From an uncultured delta proteobacterium (GTDB lineage Bacteria; Desulfobacterota; Desulfobacteria; Desulfobacterales; JAFDCJ01), in NCBI GenBank assembly GCA_963769935.1, contig CAVYNY010000004.1, forward strand, positions 37,301-101,300: a stretch of 64,000 bases of DNA, read 5' to 3'. Under the pieces are notes generated by a model. The model was not told where the DNA came from. It did no database searches and saw only the letters and a program-made list of their open reading frames with translations. Made by a program: the position numbers and the translations under genes. Positions 11,228 through 21,721 of this stretch are shown here, piece after piece (within the stretch, counting starts at the first letter, position 1; each line of letters opens with the position of its first letter).

Positions 11228-14200
11228 TTAATAGCCGGGTATCAATGTCCTGCCCAGGGTATCGATACAGCCGAATTCGGGGAGATCAAAAAAAATTCCG
11301 TATTCGGGGCCCCGGTCGGGGGATACCCCGCGTATGAATATATAAAAAATACCGCCCAAGTCTTTCTCATAACGGTAATCCGATTTCCGGCGACGCAAAT
11401 GCTGGTGCAGTGCCAGGGTGTAAAGATGGTACTGCAGGGTATAGTATTCCGTTTTCATGGTCTGATGCAATGAAGGTAAATCATAGGAATCGCAGCTCGG
11501 GCCCAAATAATTCGATTTCCAATCCACCAGATAGAAACGTTGCTCATGCTGGAACACCAAATCGATGTACCCCTTCATAAAGCCCCGGGTAGGGGCAAGA
11601 TTGAGTTTTTCAATTTGGGTGGAAAAATCAGTCAGCATCTCATTGCGGCCGTGCGTCCTGAAAGCGTTTGCTAAATTGCGCGATGATAGGGTGTTTAATG
11701 GAAAATAAAATTCCATTTCATTTAACCGGTGCTTCATTCGAACGGAGGATAACTTCAATTGCGGCCTATCCGGCCGCAGCGCAATCGAAAGAACGTTTCG
11801 TAAAATCCGGCAAACGGCCGGCTGCCATTTCTGATCAAAACCGTACTGCTGCAGCTTTGCGGCCACCAGCCGTTCCAGGTCGGCAGGATTTTCGGCCGCA
11901 TAATCGTGATGCTCCAAAATATCATGGAAAAATATTCCGGCCCGGGTACCCTTGGGAAACGAAAAAATAGAATTGTCGTCAGGTCGCTTCTCAATCGCGG
12001 CCTCCTCAGGCGAGACCATCACGTCGGGTGCGGCAGTGTGCACCAGTAGGTCGCGATCCGGCAAATCCGCCCCCGGTGCACCGGTCGATACCAGTGATGA
12101 ATAGCTGGAAATCTTCCATGAATGATCAATTTTACCGCCGAATCGTCGACAGAACAGCGGCGCTTCCATTTCTTTGAGCGGTCTGAATTCCACATCCGGA
12201 ACCGTTGGTGTCGGCAGGGATTCAACCCGGATGCTGTCGTGAGACCGGTCGGCGAGTTTTTTCAAATCCTGCAAGAATTCTGCATCTGTTTTAGCGCTAA
12301 ATTGTTTCCTGACGTATTGGGTTATATCTTCGGCCGGAGATACCGCCGGCGGCTTTTCGCTGCAATGGAGCAAATACGCCAGAGACGAAGTTTCTGCTGT
12401 GTTGATGCGTCCCCAGGCAAGATAGCAGCATTGTTTGGCCCGGGTCAGGGCCACATAAAGCAGTCTTAAATTTTCAGATAGAAATTCATTTTGCGCGAGG
12501 GCCATATAGCGGCTGTTTGATTCTGACCCCAGATCAAGCGTCAACCGCCGGTCATCATCGATATCGTGAAAAGTAAACTCGGGTCCCCGGATCTGAGAGC
12601 CTTCCCATGCGAATGGACAAAATACGACCGGATACTCGAGGCCTTTGCTTTTATGGATCGTGACAATTTTTACGGCTTTCTCGTCGCTTTCAAGTCGCAG
12701 CTGATGTTCTTCAAGACGCGGCGTTCGGGGATCCCGCTGCTCAGCCAACCATTTTAACAGGCCGGTCATGCCGGAATTTGTTTCCGTGAATTGCCGATGG
12801 AGAATTTCAGCCAGGTGCAAGACATTGGTCAGTCTGCGTTCCCCGTCCGGCAGGCATAGGAGGCGCTCCTTAACATGTTCGTCGGCCATGAACTGGCGCA
12901 GCATGCGGATAAACCCATAACGCTTCCAAAGTCGATGATATTCCCTGAACCGTGCCATCCGGCTTTCCCACTGGTGCGATCCGAGATCACCGGAGACCAA
13001 ATCCTCCGCCCGTGTTCCCATGATATCCGTGGCCATAGCCGCTTTAAGCTTTGAAAGGCCGGTCGGATCAACGATTCCGGTCAGAATTTTTTCCAATTCA
13101 CAGGCTTCGCTGGAATCAAAGATATTCCCCGTGCTGTATAGAACCGACGGTACATTTCTGAGGTTTAAAATGTTCTTGATTAGTTGCGCCTGATCATTCG
13201 TACGGACCAATACGGCAATGTCACCGGGTTCAACCGGTGTTGCCTGGGATATCAGTCGACTTATTTCACCGCCGACCGCTTGAGCTATCAGCCGAACGGC
13301 ATCTTCTTTATTGATGGGTTGATCCTCAGCGGAAAACTTTGACGCATCCAGATACCAGAGGATGAACGGCGTCCTGGAAGCCTCAGTGCGGCCGGGAGGT
13401 TTCCCGGCAGGGATACCGCTTTCGAAAGGAATCTCCTCGAAGACAAACGGCAATTTTGAACTGGAAAAAACGGCATTGACGGCGTTGATAAGTCCGGGTT
13501 GGGAACGCCAATTCTCAGTCAGGCTGAATTTGGCGGCAGCATTGCGAGAGGCTTTCATGTAAGAGAAAATATCGGCCCCTCTGAAACTGTAGATAGCCTG
13601 TTTAGGATCGCCGATCGTGAACAGCAGGCTGTTTTTGTGAGCGAATAGCCGGAATAAAATTTCATACTGAATGCTGTCGGTATCCTGAAACTCATCCACC
13701 AGAGCGGCTTTGTATTTGCGGCGAATCGCATCTTCCAGCAGATCTTTGCTTTCCGCGTGAAGCGCATTTCGCAACATCACCAGAAGATCCTCGAAAAATT
13801 GAATATTTTTCTCTTTTTTTCGCTTTTTCAGCTCGCATGCGGCATAGGCAAAAATTTTCGTTTTTAAAAACAAAAAATAGTTTTCCATTTCAGCGGTGAG
13901 ATTTTCGGCCTGCCGGAATACCTGGTCGCAGAGATCAAAAAAATCGTGCTTAGGCGGTGTATGATTCTTTTTGGTCGATTTACTCAGTTTGCTGCTCGTC
14001 AATCTTTCAAATTTTTCAAAAAGAGGAAATCCGATGCTTTTTTGATCAGCCAGACGATCCATGGCCTCCACCAGCGCGATCACGCGCAGGTCTCTTTGAG
14101 TCATCGCAGAATTATCGGAAATTGGCTTCAGACTGCCGTAAATGACGGCGTTTAATCCCGGATCGGTCAGCGCCCGGATAACGGCCTCGCGGGATGGCGG

Positions 14201-14863
14201 CCAGGCTTTTTTTAATGCCGTCAATAAATCGCGAAACGGCTGGACGGCACCCAGCGCAGGTTCACGGATAGCGGGCAAAATTTTTATATCAGGAGTCTTT
14301 GCATAACCCAGCAGCTTGTAGAAATATTCCGATCCCTTGATCTTGTGGAGGGTAAAACCGATTAATTCAACCGGGGCGTGATAAAAGTGCTTACGCCAGA
14401 AATCATCCGCCACTTCCTGGGTTAGCTGAGTCTGATTGGTGATCAGCTCGGTGTCAAATAAGTTATGGGTTTCAAAGGCATTCTCATGCAATACACGCTG
14501 ACAAAATCCGTGGATGGTAAAAATTGCCGCCTTATCAAAATCGATGAGCGTTTCATGGAGTCGCAATCCGGCTGCGGCGGGGTCCGGATATCTTTTGATC
14601 AGGGCCGCGATAAAGGGTTCATCGCTTTCGCCGCGCGCAAAAGCTTCCTTGGTCAGGACCAGCTTGTGGCGGATTCTATCCCTCAATTCTTCGGTAGCCG
14701 CATTGGTAAACGTCAGCACCAGGATCTGATCGACCTGCAATTGCGTTTCCAAGATCAGCCGGATAAACAGGCCTTCAATATTGTAGGTCTTGCCCGTGCC
14801 GGCACCGGCTTCGATCAGATTAATTCCGGCAAGGGGTGCATTGAGCAGATCAAAGGGTTTCAA
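11228..14863 (-). CDS. recB: Exodeoxyribonuclease V beta subunit
   Basis: IEAGAGTGKT, LTFTNAATEELR, VDEFQDTD, TIHKSKGLEY, YVALTRA, C-terminal nuclease GYIDL...VDWKSN...QYHLY. Confidence 0.97.
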   Translation of the reverse strand: MKPFDLLNAPLAGINLIEAGAGTGKTYNIEGLFIRLILETQLQVDQILVLTFTNAATEELRDRIRHKLVLTKEAFARGESDEPFIAALIKRYPDPAAAGLRLHETLIDFDKAAIFTIHGFCQRVLHENAFETHNLFDTELITNQTQLTQEVADDFWRKHFYHAPVELIGFTLHKIKGSEYFYKLLGYAKTPDIKILPAIREPALGAVQPFRDLLTALKKAWPPSREAVIRALTDPGLNAVIYGSLKPISDNSAMTQRDLRVIALVEAMDRLADQKSIGFPLFEKFERLTSSKLSKSTKKNHTPPKHDFFDLCDQVFRQAENLTAEMENYFLFLKTKIFAYAACELKKRKKEKNIQFFEDLLVMLRNALHAESKDLLEDAIRRKYKAALVDEFQDTDSIQYEILFRLFAHKNSLLFTIGDPKQAIYSFRGADIFSYMKASRNAAAKFSLTENWRSQPGLINAVNAVFSSSKLPFVFEEIPFESGIPAGKPPGRTEASRTPFILWYLDASKFSAEDQPINKEDAVRLIAQAVGGEISRLISQATPVEPGDIAVLVRTNDQAQLIKNILNLRNVPSVLYSTGNIFDSSEACELEKILTGIVDPTGLSKLKAAMATDIMGTRAEDLVSGDLGSHQWESRMARFREYHRLWKRYGFIRMLRQFMADEHVKERLLCLPDGERRLTNVLHLAEILHRQFTETNSGMTGLLKWLAEQRDPRTPRLEEHQLRLESDEKAVKIVTIHKSKGLEYPVVFCPFAWEGSQIRGPEFTFHDIDDDRRLTLDLGSESNSRYMALAQNEFLSENLRLLYVALTRAKQCCYLAWGRINTAETSSLAYLLHCSEKPPAVSPAEDITQYVRKQFSAKTDAEFLQDLKKLADRSHDSIRVESLPTPTVPDVEFRPLKEMEAPLFCRRFGGKIDHSWKISSYSSLVSTGAPGADLPDRDLLVHTAAPDVMVSPEEAAIEKRPDDNSIFSFPKGTRAGIFFHDILEHHDYAAENPADLERLVAAKLQQYGFDQKWQPAVCRILRNVLSIALRPDRPQLKLSSVRMKHRLNEMEFYFPLNTLSSRNLANAFRTHGRNEMLTDFSTQIEKLNLAPTRGFMKGYIDLVFQHEQRFYLVDWKSNYLGPSCDSYDLPSLHQTMKTEYYTLQYHLYTLALHQHLRRRKSDYRYEKDLGGIFYIFIRGVSPDRGPEYGIFFDLPEFGCIDTLGRTLIPGY

Positions 14864-14869
14864 TTAAAA

Positions 14870-15052
14870 ATGTCCGTTGTGTGTGGTCAGTTGTCAGTCG
14901 TGGGTTTACGAAGGAATCACGGGTTACGCGTCACTGCTGACGGGCTGCGTCTTTCAGACAAGCAGCCGGCATCTCAGTACCCAGCACCCATCATCCAGTA
15001 TCGAGCATCCAGTATATCGAGCATCCGGTATCGAGCATCCAGTATCCAGTGG
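14870..15052. repeat. Heptamer tandem arrays (GTTGTCA-like; ATCGAGC/ATCCAGT)
   Basis: Direct inspection: cagtatcgagcatccagtatatcgagcatccggtatcgagcatccagtatccagt and the preceding gtcagttgtcagt array. Confidence 0.75.
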
Positions 15053-15054
15053 CA

Positions 15055-15315
15055 TCACATCTTGCCGTTTAGCCGGTAAATAAACGCCAGCACCTCGGCC
15101 ACAGCCCGATACAATTCCGGCGGGATTTCGGTTTCCAGGTCAAGGGCTTCCAGAATTTGAGCCAGGTTTTTATCTTCGTAAAGAGGTATATTATTTGCTT
15201 TAGCGATTGCAACGATTTTTTCGGCAACCTCTCCGCGACCCTTGGCAATGACCTTCGGCGCCCGGTCTTTTTTTCCATCGTATTTCAGCGCAACTGCTTT
15301 GGGAGATTTATCCAT
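15055..15315 (-). CDS. Stand-alone FlhB/EscU C-terminal-domain protein (YlqH-like)
   Basis: KAVALKYD...APKVIAKG...AEKI...IPPELYRAVAEVLAFIY; no transmembrane part. Confidence 0.88.
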   Translation of the reverse strand: MDKSPKAVALKYDGKKDRAPKVIAKGRGEVAEKIVAIAKANNIPLYEDKNLAQILEALDLETEIPPELYRAVAEVLAFIYRLNGKM

Positions 15316-15317
15316 GA

Positions 15318-16487
15318 TTAAATCCGTAAATCGACCCGCCTGTCGCCGGCAATCTGAATATCTTCATGATCGAAATCCCTTATTTTTTTTTGGGAAACCA
15401 TGACCCGCAAAAAAAGCTGGTCGAAAAATGGAGCCAGCAATTCCTGCAATTCAGAGTATTGTTCCTGGAGTTTGGTTTTTATCGGCCGGTCTTTGACATA
15501 AAAGGTCACAGTCAAATCTCTTCCCAATAGGTAAAAATCCGCGCGTAAATCACCCAATCGATCCATCGACAGCAGCAGGGATATTTGAACCCCTTCTCTT
15601 TTGCCTGCCTTCGGCTTCTTTTGAAAATAAATCTTTAACCTGGCTGCATGGGTATCATCTTTCAACGGCAGGGCGTAACTGAAGACTTGGAAGGGTGCCT
15701 CCGTAGCCAGTTGTTTAACCGCCCTGCCCTGTTGCTCGTCAATGTCGGTCAGCAAGGCATCCACCGCATGGCGCAGGGTTGAGACCGCCTTGGCGTCCAG
15801 GGCCTTTGCCAGAGACATTTCATCCTCAGCAAAATCTTTTAACAATATAAGGTTGGCTTTCAGATCGTGGGCCGCAAGCGTTTCCGGATCGGGAAAGCCG
15901 GTCATTGGCTGGTCTGTTCCCGGTTCAGCGTTGTCGGACAATTTTAAGATGACGGTTTCAAGAAACTTTTCAAAGAACAGGCCCGAACTTTCCAGATATG
16001 CCTTGAGGCGTGGAACGATATCGGCGACATTTTCTTTTAAATCGAAAGATTCAAAACGGGCATTTAAGGCGGCCAAAAGATTGAGAATCGGCATTGGCAT
16101 TTTGGGGGCATTTTGAGGCGCCAGCGCCTGATTTAGAATCGGCTTCAAGCCGTTTAGAATGTCTTTAAAGCCTTGCGCGGCCGGATATTGCGCAGACCGG
16201 GGCATTGAAGCTGTCGGGAGCGTCTTGATTTGTTCCGGACTGAGCAGATTCAGTTTGAGCTGCCGGCCGCATTCCTGTACCCGGACGAGCAGTTCTTCAC
16301 CTAACGTCACCGGGATTTTCACATCTGCGGTAGTCCTGAAATTGCCGAAATCAATCAGCGCCCGGTCACCTCTCAGCTCCAGGACTTTTATCCTCAGGAT
16401 ACTGCCGGGGTTGAACATATCCGTGTTCAATACCGCTTGATACACCTCGGGCTTTATAGAAACCGTTATCTGGGGCGATATCTCCAT
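15318..16487 (-). CDS. Protein with FliK-like (hook-length control) C-terminal domain
   Basis: C-terminal ISLLLSMDRLGDLRADFYL...LTVTFYV pattern, SGLFFE motif, directly upstream of the FlhB-like gene. Confidence 0.65.
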   Translation of the reverse strand: MEISPQITVSIKPEVYQAVLNTDMFNPGSILRIKVLELRGDRALIDFGNFRTTADVKIPVTLGEELLVRVQECGRQLKLNLLSPEQIKTLPTASMPRSAQYPAAQGFKDILNGLKPILNQALAPQNAPKMPMPILNLLAALNARFESFDLKENVADIVPRLKAYLESSGLFFEKFLETVILKLSDNAEPGTDQPMTGFPDPETLAAHDLKANLILLKDFAEDEMSLAKALDAKAVSTLRHAVDALLTDIDEQQGRAVKQLATEAPFQVFSYALPLKDDTHAARLKIYFQKKPKAGKREGVQISLLLSMDRLGDLRADFYLLGRDLTVTFYVKDRPIKTKLQEQYSELQELLAPFFDQLFLRVMVSQKKIRDFDHEDIQIAGDRRVDLRI

Positions 16488-16585
16488 GATACGAACTGAA
16501 CAGTGAAGATTGAATATTGGGGGGAATTCTATCGTTTATTAGGCAATAAAACGACAGGCGTCCATAAACAGTCAATTTCCATTCT

Positions 16586-16978
16586 TCAATCAGCCTCTTT
16601 ATCCTTTGTATAATAAACGCCGGGTATCCAGCTTTTGTGAATTTTAGCCGTCTGTTCCGGGTCGGCTTTGGTTTCGTCGATAAATTTGAAATTTACCCAT
16701 CCGATCCGGATGACATCGTCATGCTGTAATTTCTGGTGTGTCACCGCCCGGTTGTTCACCCGGGTTCCGTTCGTACTTCCCATGTCCCTGATGTAATATT
16801 CAAATTCGGTCCCGGAATCCGGGCTTTCCAATTTTTCGATGACGGCGTGGGCGGTGCTTACCACGGCATCGTCAATAAAAATATCGCATTGCGAACTGCG
16901 GCCGATGCTCAACTCTGGTTTGTCTATCGGACATTTGTTGATTGCCACCCCGTCATGCAGCTGTACGATTAGTGCCAT
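16586..16978 (-). CDS. Single FHA-domain protein
   Basis: IGRS, VSTAHA, DMGSTNGTRVN, LQHDDVIRIG. Confidence 0.9.
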   Translation of the reverse strand: MALIVQLHDGVAINKCPIDKPELSIGRSSQCDIFIDDAVVSTAHAVIEKLESPDSGTEFEYYIRDMGSTNGTRVNNRAVTHQKLQHDDVIRIGWVNFKFIDETKADPEQTAKIHKSWIPGVYYTKDKEAD

Positions 16979-17134
16979 GCGCTTTCTCCTTATATGTTAG
17001 GGGCCTGGCCCCCATTCCAGGATTGATGCAATTGCTCATGCCTCATAGATATCCTTTTCATTCAACAATGGTTTCGGTCATTAAGGCAATTGGGTTTAGG
17101 ATTTGTTGAGGGAAATATGCAATTTGCCAAGCCC

Positions 17135-20100
17135 CTACAATTTAATCTCCCTGCTGTACGTGAACATCGGCTCGAATACCTGCAAGGCGATTTCCTGAAA
17201 ATTCTCGTCGATGGGGTCCAACCGGCGAAAACAAAGATCGAAAAAAGGATCGGCGGATTCACCTGCGGCGTATTTCGCAAAATCGCTGCCAAGCCATTTC
17301 TTTCTGGCTCTGGATAAGGCGCACGCCTCAGGTGCGGTTTTTTTCAGCAATTGCTCGGCATATTCATAGGAAGACCTCGGGAAAAAATGAATCGGTTCCT
17401 CCAATCCCCGCCGAAACAGGGTGAGAAGCGCTTCCAGAATCGGCAGGCTGCCGGCGACCGGTTCAAACCGAATTGCTGAATCCTTGCAAATTAAAAAGCT
17501 GTTTTTATTGTAATGCGATGGTGCCGTTAGACCATAGGCAAGATGATACACCCACGCCTTCAGGAGGTCGTTGACTCTACGCCGGGCATAACGGATGTGA
17601 ACATAGCCATGGTCGGATATTGACGCCAGGCGTCCGCTGAGATGAAAGCCGGCTGCGGTAAGGTCAACTTCGATCGGCGCCGCTGACATGGTAGTGGAGA
17701 ACTTCTCAATTTGGCGGATAAAAGTTTGCACGTCCAGGCTTATTTCAGCATAATGATACTCGCCGACGTTGCCATGGGGCAGCTGACCGATTGCTTTTTG
17801 GATAGGTTTGAAATCTTCCGGATTGCCGCCTGCAAGCATAGATTTTACCAGATTTTGTTCCACCAGATATCTGTCCAGCGCCTGAAGGTCGAAGATTTCG
17901 CGTTCGTCGGACAGATAGGTTTCATCCGGCAGCTGGATTCCCAAGCGCCGTTGAATTAAAAACATGGCCGGATTGCTGAAAAACAGATGTACGGCGTCAA
18001 GCTCAAGATGATGCCATTCTTCAGCTTCTTCCGGCGTGAACGGAAGCTTTTCAGCGAAGAAAGGCGGCAGCGCTTTTTTTTCATGGGCGCCGGCCGCAGC
18101 GACCATATTTCCGGCGGAATAGCTGAACAGCCCGGTGCCTTCACGAAAATACCATTCAGAAAACGGCTGCAGTCGATGGAAAGTAACGATATGTTCAAGC
18201 ACATTGCCATCGCGCGCGGCAAAGCTGGTTTCGATCGTGTCCAGCAATTCACTGACCAGCACGGATGGCGGAATCCGGGCGTTATCCTGAATACTCTGCC
18301 CCACGTAACTGATATAAAATTTTTGGCGGGCTGAAATAATAGATTCGAGGAAAAGGTACTTATCGTCGTTGCGGCGGGATCGGTCGCCGATTTTGGGAAA
18401 GCGGGCCATCAAATCGAAATTCAGCGGCTGATAATCTCTTGGGAAGGCGTCATCGTTCAAGCCGATCAGACAAATGACCTTAAATGGAATGCTGCGCATC
18501 GGCAGCATGGCACAAAAAGTGACACCGCCCGAGAGAAAACCCGTCCCGTAAGCATTTTGTTCCAAAAGCGATTTCAGATACGCGCGGATGACTTCCAGTT
18601 TAACGGGGGTGTCAAAGCTCGCCTGAGCTTCTTTGTCGCGCAAATCATTCAGCGTATGACGCAGCAGCTGAAGTTCTCGTTCAGCGGTTTCATCCGGTCT
18701 AAAAAATTGCTCCAGCAGGTCGACCAGGACCTCGTGCCATTCGCATAACTTTCTGGGCAATCCCAGGGTGCGCGCCCAGGCAAAGAGCCGGTCGGTGAAT
18801 TCTAAAAAACGGCCCAGAATCTGTGCGCCGCCGCCCTCGATGTTGTCATAGGGTACAATTCCGTGAAACATGGTCTTGTTCTCACCCGGCATGGCGTATC
18901 CCAGGATGAGTCTTTCCAGGCCGGCCCGCCAGGTGTTTTCCGCAAAGCCCGGCAAGCCGGCTTCAAGTCGGCTGTTTTCATCAATACCCCAGCGAATGTG
19001 GGTGTCTGTGATCCAGTGTTCGATGATTTTAAGATCAGAATCTGCCAGGTCGAATCTTTCTTTGATACCGGGAAACTCAAGCAACCCGGCGACCTGGCCG
19101 GCGCCGAATCGGCTCCCGGCAAGTTCAAGTAAGGCCAGAAAGCCATCAATCATCCGGCTTGCGCGGCGGGGGCTTTGATCCGCGATACTGAAGGGGATGC
19201 GCAGAGCCTCTTCGGTTTGGCCCGCAAACACCGCCTGCACATACGGTGCATAGGTTTCAATATCCGGTGTCATTACGATGATGTCTTTCGGCAGTAAATC
19301 CGGGTCTTCTTCAAACATGGCCAGCAGATTGTCGTGCAGCACCTCGATTTCCCGCATGGGACTGTGACAGGAATGAACCTGAACGGAAGTATCCGCTTTT
19401 GACACATAATCGCACCCGGTTGACATCTCCCCAGACTGATCCGCACCTGACGGCAAGGCGCTCGCAACAGAATCGGGTTTCTGCCTGTCCCTCAGATTTA
19501 AAATATCCGACTGGAGACAGGCGAGCAGGGACTGCTCCCCCGGCTCCAGGAAATGTTCCGCAATTTCGCATTCAAAATCGGTGATCAATTCAAAAAAATC
19601 ACGCCCCAGCGTTCCCATGGAAGCCAGAAGTTGATTGCCCTTTTCGAAATGGTACCATGCGAGGTTTTCAGCTACCTGGGGATGTTTCCGGCGAATTTTC
19701 TTTATCTCACGATCCGATACAATATCCGCCCAATATTCCCGGCAGGGATCGATTAGAAAAAAGTTGATATCGATGACCCTGGACAACTCGGCGAAAGCCT
19801 GGAGGTGAAAAAGGGGCAGATAGGAAATACCAAATATCGAAACCCGGGCAGGCAGGTCGATGCGGTCATGACCCGGATGCCGCATTTTCTCAAGCAGCAT
19901 TTTTCGCAAATGGGCGCGGTGTCGGCGCTCGGGATCGGCGGTAAGCTCCCGCCAGAGCCTGGCCTGCCATTCCTGCGGCTGCTTTTTTTCTTCCTTCCCC
20001 TGCTCCCACTGCAGAATTAATTCAGGGCGAAAGACAAGGTACTGGTCAAATAAATCGGCGATTTTGCCTGAAAGCTGAAACAGCTTGAGCTGATTGTCGT

Positions 20101-20455
20101 CGTCTGCAAGATAGGTCTTTAAGCTGTCAAATTGCTTTTGTTCAAGACAGCCCGGAATGATCCCCATGAGCCGAAATGTCATAACGTCCGGGTCAAACGG
20201 TGAAATATCCGGCAAATCCGGCATTATGCTCTTAAAGATTTCTTCCAGGAAGGCATTGGGGAACGGAAATGAACAGTTTGCGCTGACGCCGTTGTGTTCG
20301 GCAAGCGCCATGGATATCCAGCGCTCCATGCCCCGGCTTTGCACGAGGATTATTTCGGAAGCCAGGGTTGACGGCAAAGGGTTCCGGATAATCCGTGCCA
20401 GCTGTTCGGCCAGAATTTCCATGCGGTTGCTGGTATGTATGAATAAACCCGGCAT
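17135..20455 (-). CDS. recC: Exodeoxyribonuclease V gamma subunit
   Basis: SNRMEIL, VQSRGMERW, ADLFDQYLVFRP, CHSPMREIEVLHD, PMRSIPF, DRSRRNDDKYLFLE. Confidence 0.96.
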   Translation of the reverse strand: MPGLFIHTSNRMEILAEQLARIIRNPLPSTLASEIILVQSRGMERWISMALAEHNGVSANCSFPFPNAFLEEIFKSIMPDLPDISPFDPDVMTFRLMGIIPGCLEQKQFDSLKTYLADDDNQLKLFQLSGKIADLFDQYLVFRPELILQWEQGKEEKKQPQEWQARLWRELTADPERRHRAHLRKMLLEKMRHPGHDRIDLPARVSIFGISYLPLFHLQAFAELSRVIDINFFLIDPCREYWADIVSDREIKKIRRKHPQVAENLAWYHFEKGNQLLASMGTLGRDFFELITDFECEIAEHFLEPGEQSLLACLQSDILNLRDRQKPDSVASALPSGADQSGEMSTGCDYVSKADTSVQVHSCHSPMREIEVLHDNLLAMFEEDPDLLPKDIIVMTPDIETYAPYVQAVFAGQTEEALRIPFSIADQSPRRASRMIDGFLALLELAGSRFGAGQVAGLLEFPGIKERFDLADSDLKIIEHWITDTHIRWGIDENSRLEAGLPGFAENTWRAGLERLILGYAMPGENKTMFHGIVPYDNIEGGGAQILGRFLEFTDRLFAWARTLGLPRKLCEWHEVLVDLLEQFFRPDETAERELQLLRHTLNDLRDKEAQASFDTPVKLEVIRAYLKSLLEQNAYGTGFLSGGVTFCAMLPMRSIPFKVICLIGLNDDAFPRDYQPLNFDLMARFPKIGDRSRRNDDKYLFLESIISARQKFYISYVGQSIQDNARIPPSVLVSELLDTIETSFAARDGNVLEHIVTFHRLQPFSEWYFREGTGLFSYSAGNMVAAAGAHEKKALPPFFAEKLPFTPEEAEEWHHLELDAVHLFFSNPAMFLIQRRLGIQLPDETYLSDEREIFDLQALDRYLVEQNLVKSMLAGGNPEDFKPIQKAIGQLPHGNVGEYHYAEISLDVQTFIRQIEKFSTTMSAAPIEVDLTAAGFHLSGRLASISDHGYVHIRYARRRVNDLLKAWVYHLAYGLTAPSHYNKNSFLICKDSAIRFEPVAGSLPILEALLTLFRRGLEEPIHFFPRSSYEYAEQLLKKTAPEACALSRARKKWLGSDFAKYAAGESADPFFDLCFRRLDPIDENFQEIALQVFEPMFTYSREIKL

Positions 20456-20661
20456 AGAATAATTGAACTGGAATAATGGAATTGTGGAATGATGGAAAGG
20501 TGGATTTTTATCGCACCTTGTTGAAAAATATCACAATCCAAAAGATAAACCAATCATGGAACAACAAAATTGAAGAAAATGTTTTGCAGAGTGATTTTAT
20601 TCTGTAAATTTATATGCTTGTCAACTAAATACAATAAGGTCATCATTCAAGGTTCGGTGAT

Positions 20662-21492
20662 TCAATCCTGTGAATTCTCCTTTTTACAGAATTTTTCCAG
20701 AAAATTTAAGGAAGTTTGCAGATGTTCGAAATTAAAGACCTCTAGGGACACGGTTCCATTAAATTTTTTCAAAATTTCAAGAACCGGTTGATGTCGACTT
20801 TCCGGCAACCGGTCCAAAGACAGGTGGTCTTTACCGTGTTGCACTCCGTGCAGGTGGATGATGGCAACGCGCCCGGCAAACATATTGAAAAACGCTTGAA
20901 TGTCGTCGCCTCTCATGATCAGGTGGCCGATATCCATGCATATGAACAGTTTCAGGTCTTTGATGATATTTTCCATAATGGTAAATGGATAATTGAGGGA
21001 CTCGATCGCAAGCCTTTCGGCCGGGACACCGGATTTCAGCATTTCCGCAAGATTGCGGTAAACTATATCCTGCCATTTTCTGACAGACTCATCTCCAAAT
21101 GCATCGACTGGAAAGGGTACGTGGAGCGTGCAATTGGAGGGAGAAAGTCGCTCAACCCGCGTGATGATATTCAACAGCTTGGCAACAGCCTGCTTGCGCC
21201 TGGCTGGATTCGGATCACTGATGGCGATATCCGTCGGTAAATGAACGTTATAGGTCAAGTTAAATTCGCGTGACAGGTGCCGCAGATCGGCAATCACGGT
21301 TTTGGAGAGCAGTGCTGTGCTCGGTCCACTTTCAAACAGCAGCAATTCGATTTCATCCACAAACGGTCCCAGCATCCTGACATTGGGAACGTAAAGATCC
21401 GGATAAATAAAGGAAGTGGTGCCGATTTTGAAGGGATAGAAATCCTTGTATGATTTAGTTAAAAAAGGATAGGTATATAATTGATTTAACAT
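20662..21492 (-). CDS. cbiR: Cobamide remodelling phosphodiesterase CbiR-like (AP endonuclease 2 / xylose isomerase TIM barrel)
   Basis: KIGTTSFIYP, VDEIELLLFES, YNVHLP, LAIES, CMDIGH, IHLHG, DHLSL, LEVF; last gene of the cob operon. Confidence 0.75.
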   Translation of the reverse strand: MLNQLYTYPFLTKSYKDFYPFKIGTTSFIYPDLYVPNVRMLGPFVDEIELLLFESGPSTALLSKTVIADLRHLSREFNLTYNVHLPTDIAISDPNPARRKQAVAKLLNIITRVERLSPSNCTLHVPFPVDAFGDESVRKWQDIVYRNLAEMLKSGVPAERLAIESLNYPFTIMENIIKDLKLFICMDIGHLIMRGDDIQAFFNMFAGRVAIIHLHGVQHGKDHLSLDRLPESRHQPVLEILKKFNGTVSLEVFNFEHLQTSLNFLEKFCKKENSQD

Positions 21493-21524
21493 ATTTAATT
21501 TTTTTAGAGTTTCCTTTGAAGCCC

Positions 21525-21690
21525 GGTTTGTAATTTGGAATTTTGGTCATTGTAATTTGTTTGAGCCCGCCCTGGTGCGACTTGCTTGGGTTACACCTTT
21601 GTTCTGCTCTGGCATGGGCGTGAATGCAGTAAATACTTCAGGCGTCAAATCGGTCTGGGCCAGGGATTTGTTATTTGAAATTTGTGATTT
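21525..21690. repeat. TTTGGAA/TTTGTGA heptamer array interrupted by a ~100-bp element with CCCTGG...CCAGGG ends
   Basis: The array resumes (atttgttatttgaaatttgtgattt) after the insert; related uninterrupted arrays at 46090-46160 and 48675-48917. Confidence 0.65.
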
Positions 21691-21721
21691 CGATGGACGC
21701 CAGCTCTACGCCGTGGGTTCC

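Noticed and set aside
14870..15052. Possible CRISPR array in the periodic intergenic repeats
   Set aside because: Units are 7-14 bp tandem and degenerate with no unique spacers, and no cas genes are in the window.
15055..16487. Flagellar or type III secretion locus
   Set aside because: Only an isolated FlhB C-terminal domain and a FliK-like gene; no export apparatus genes.
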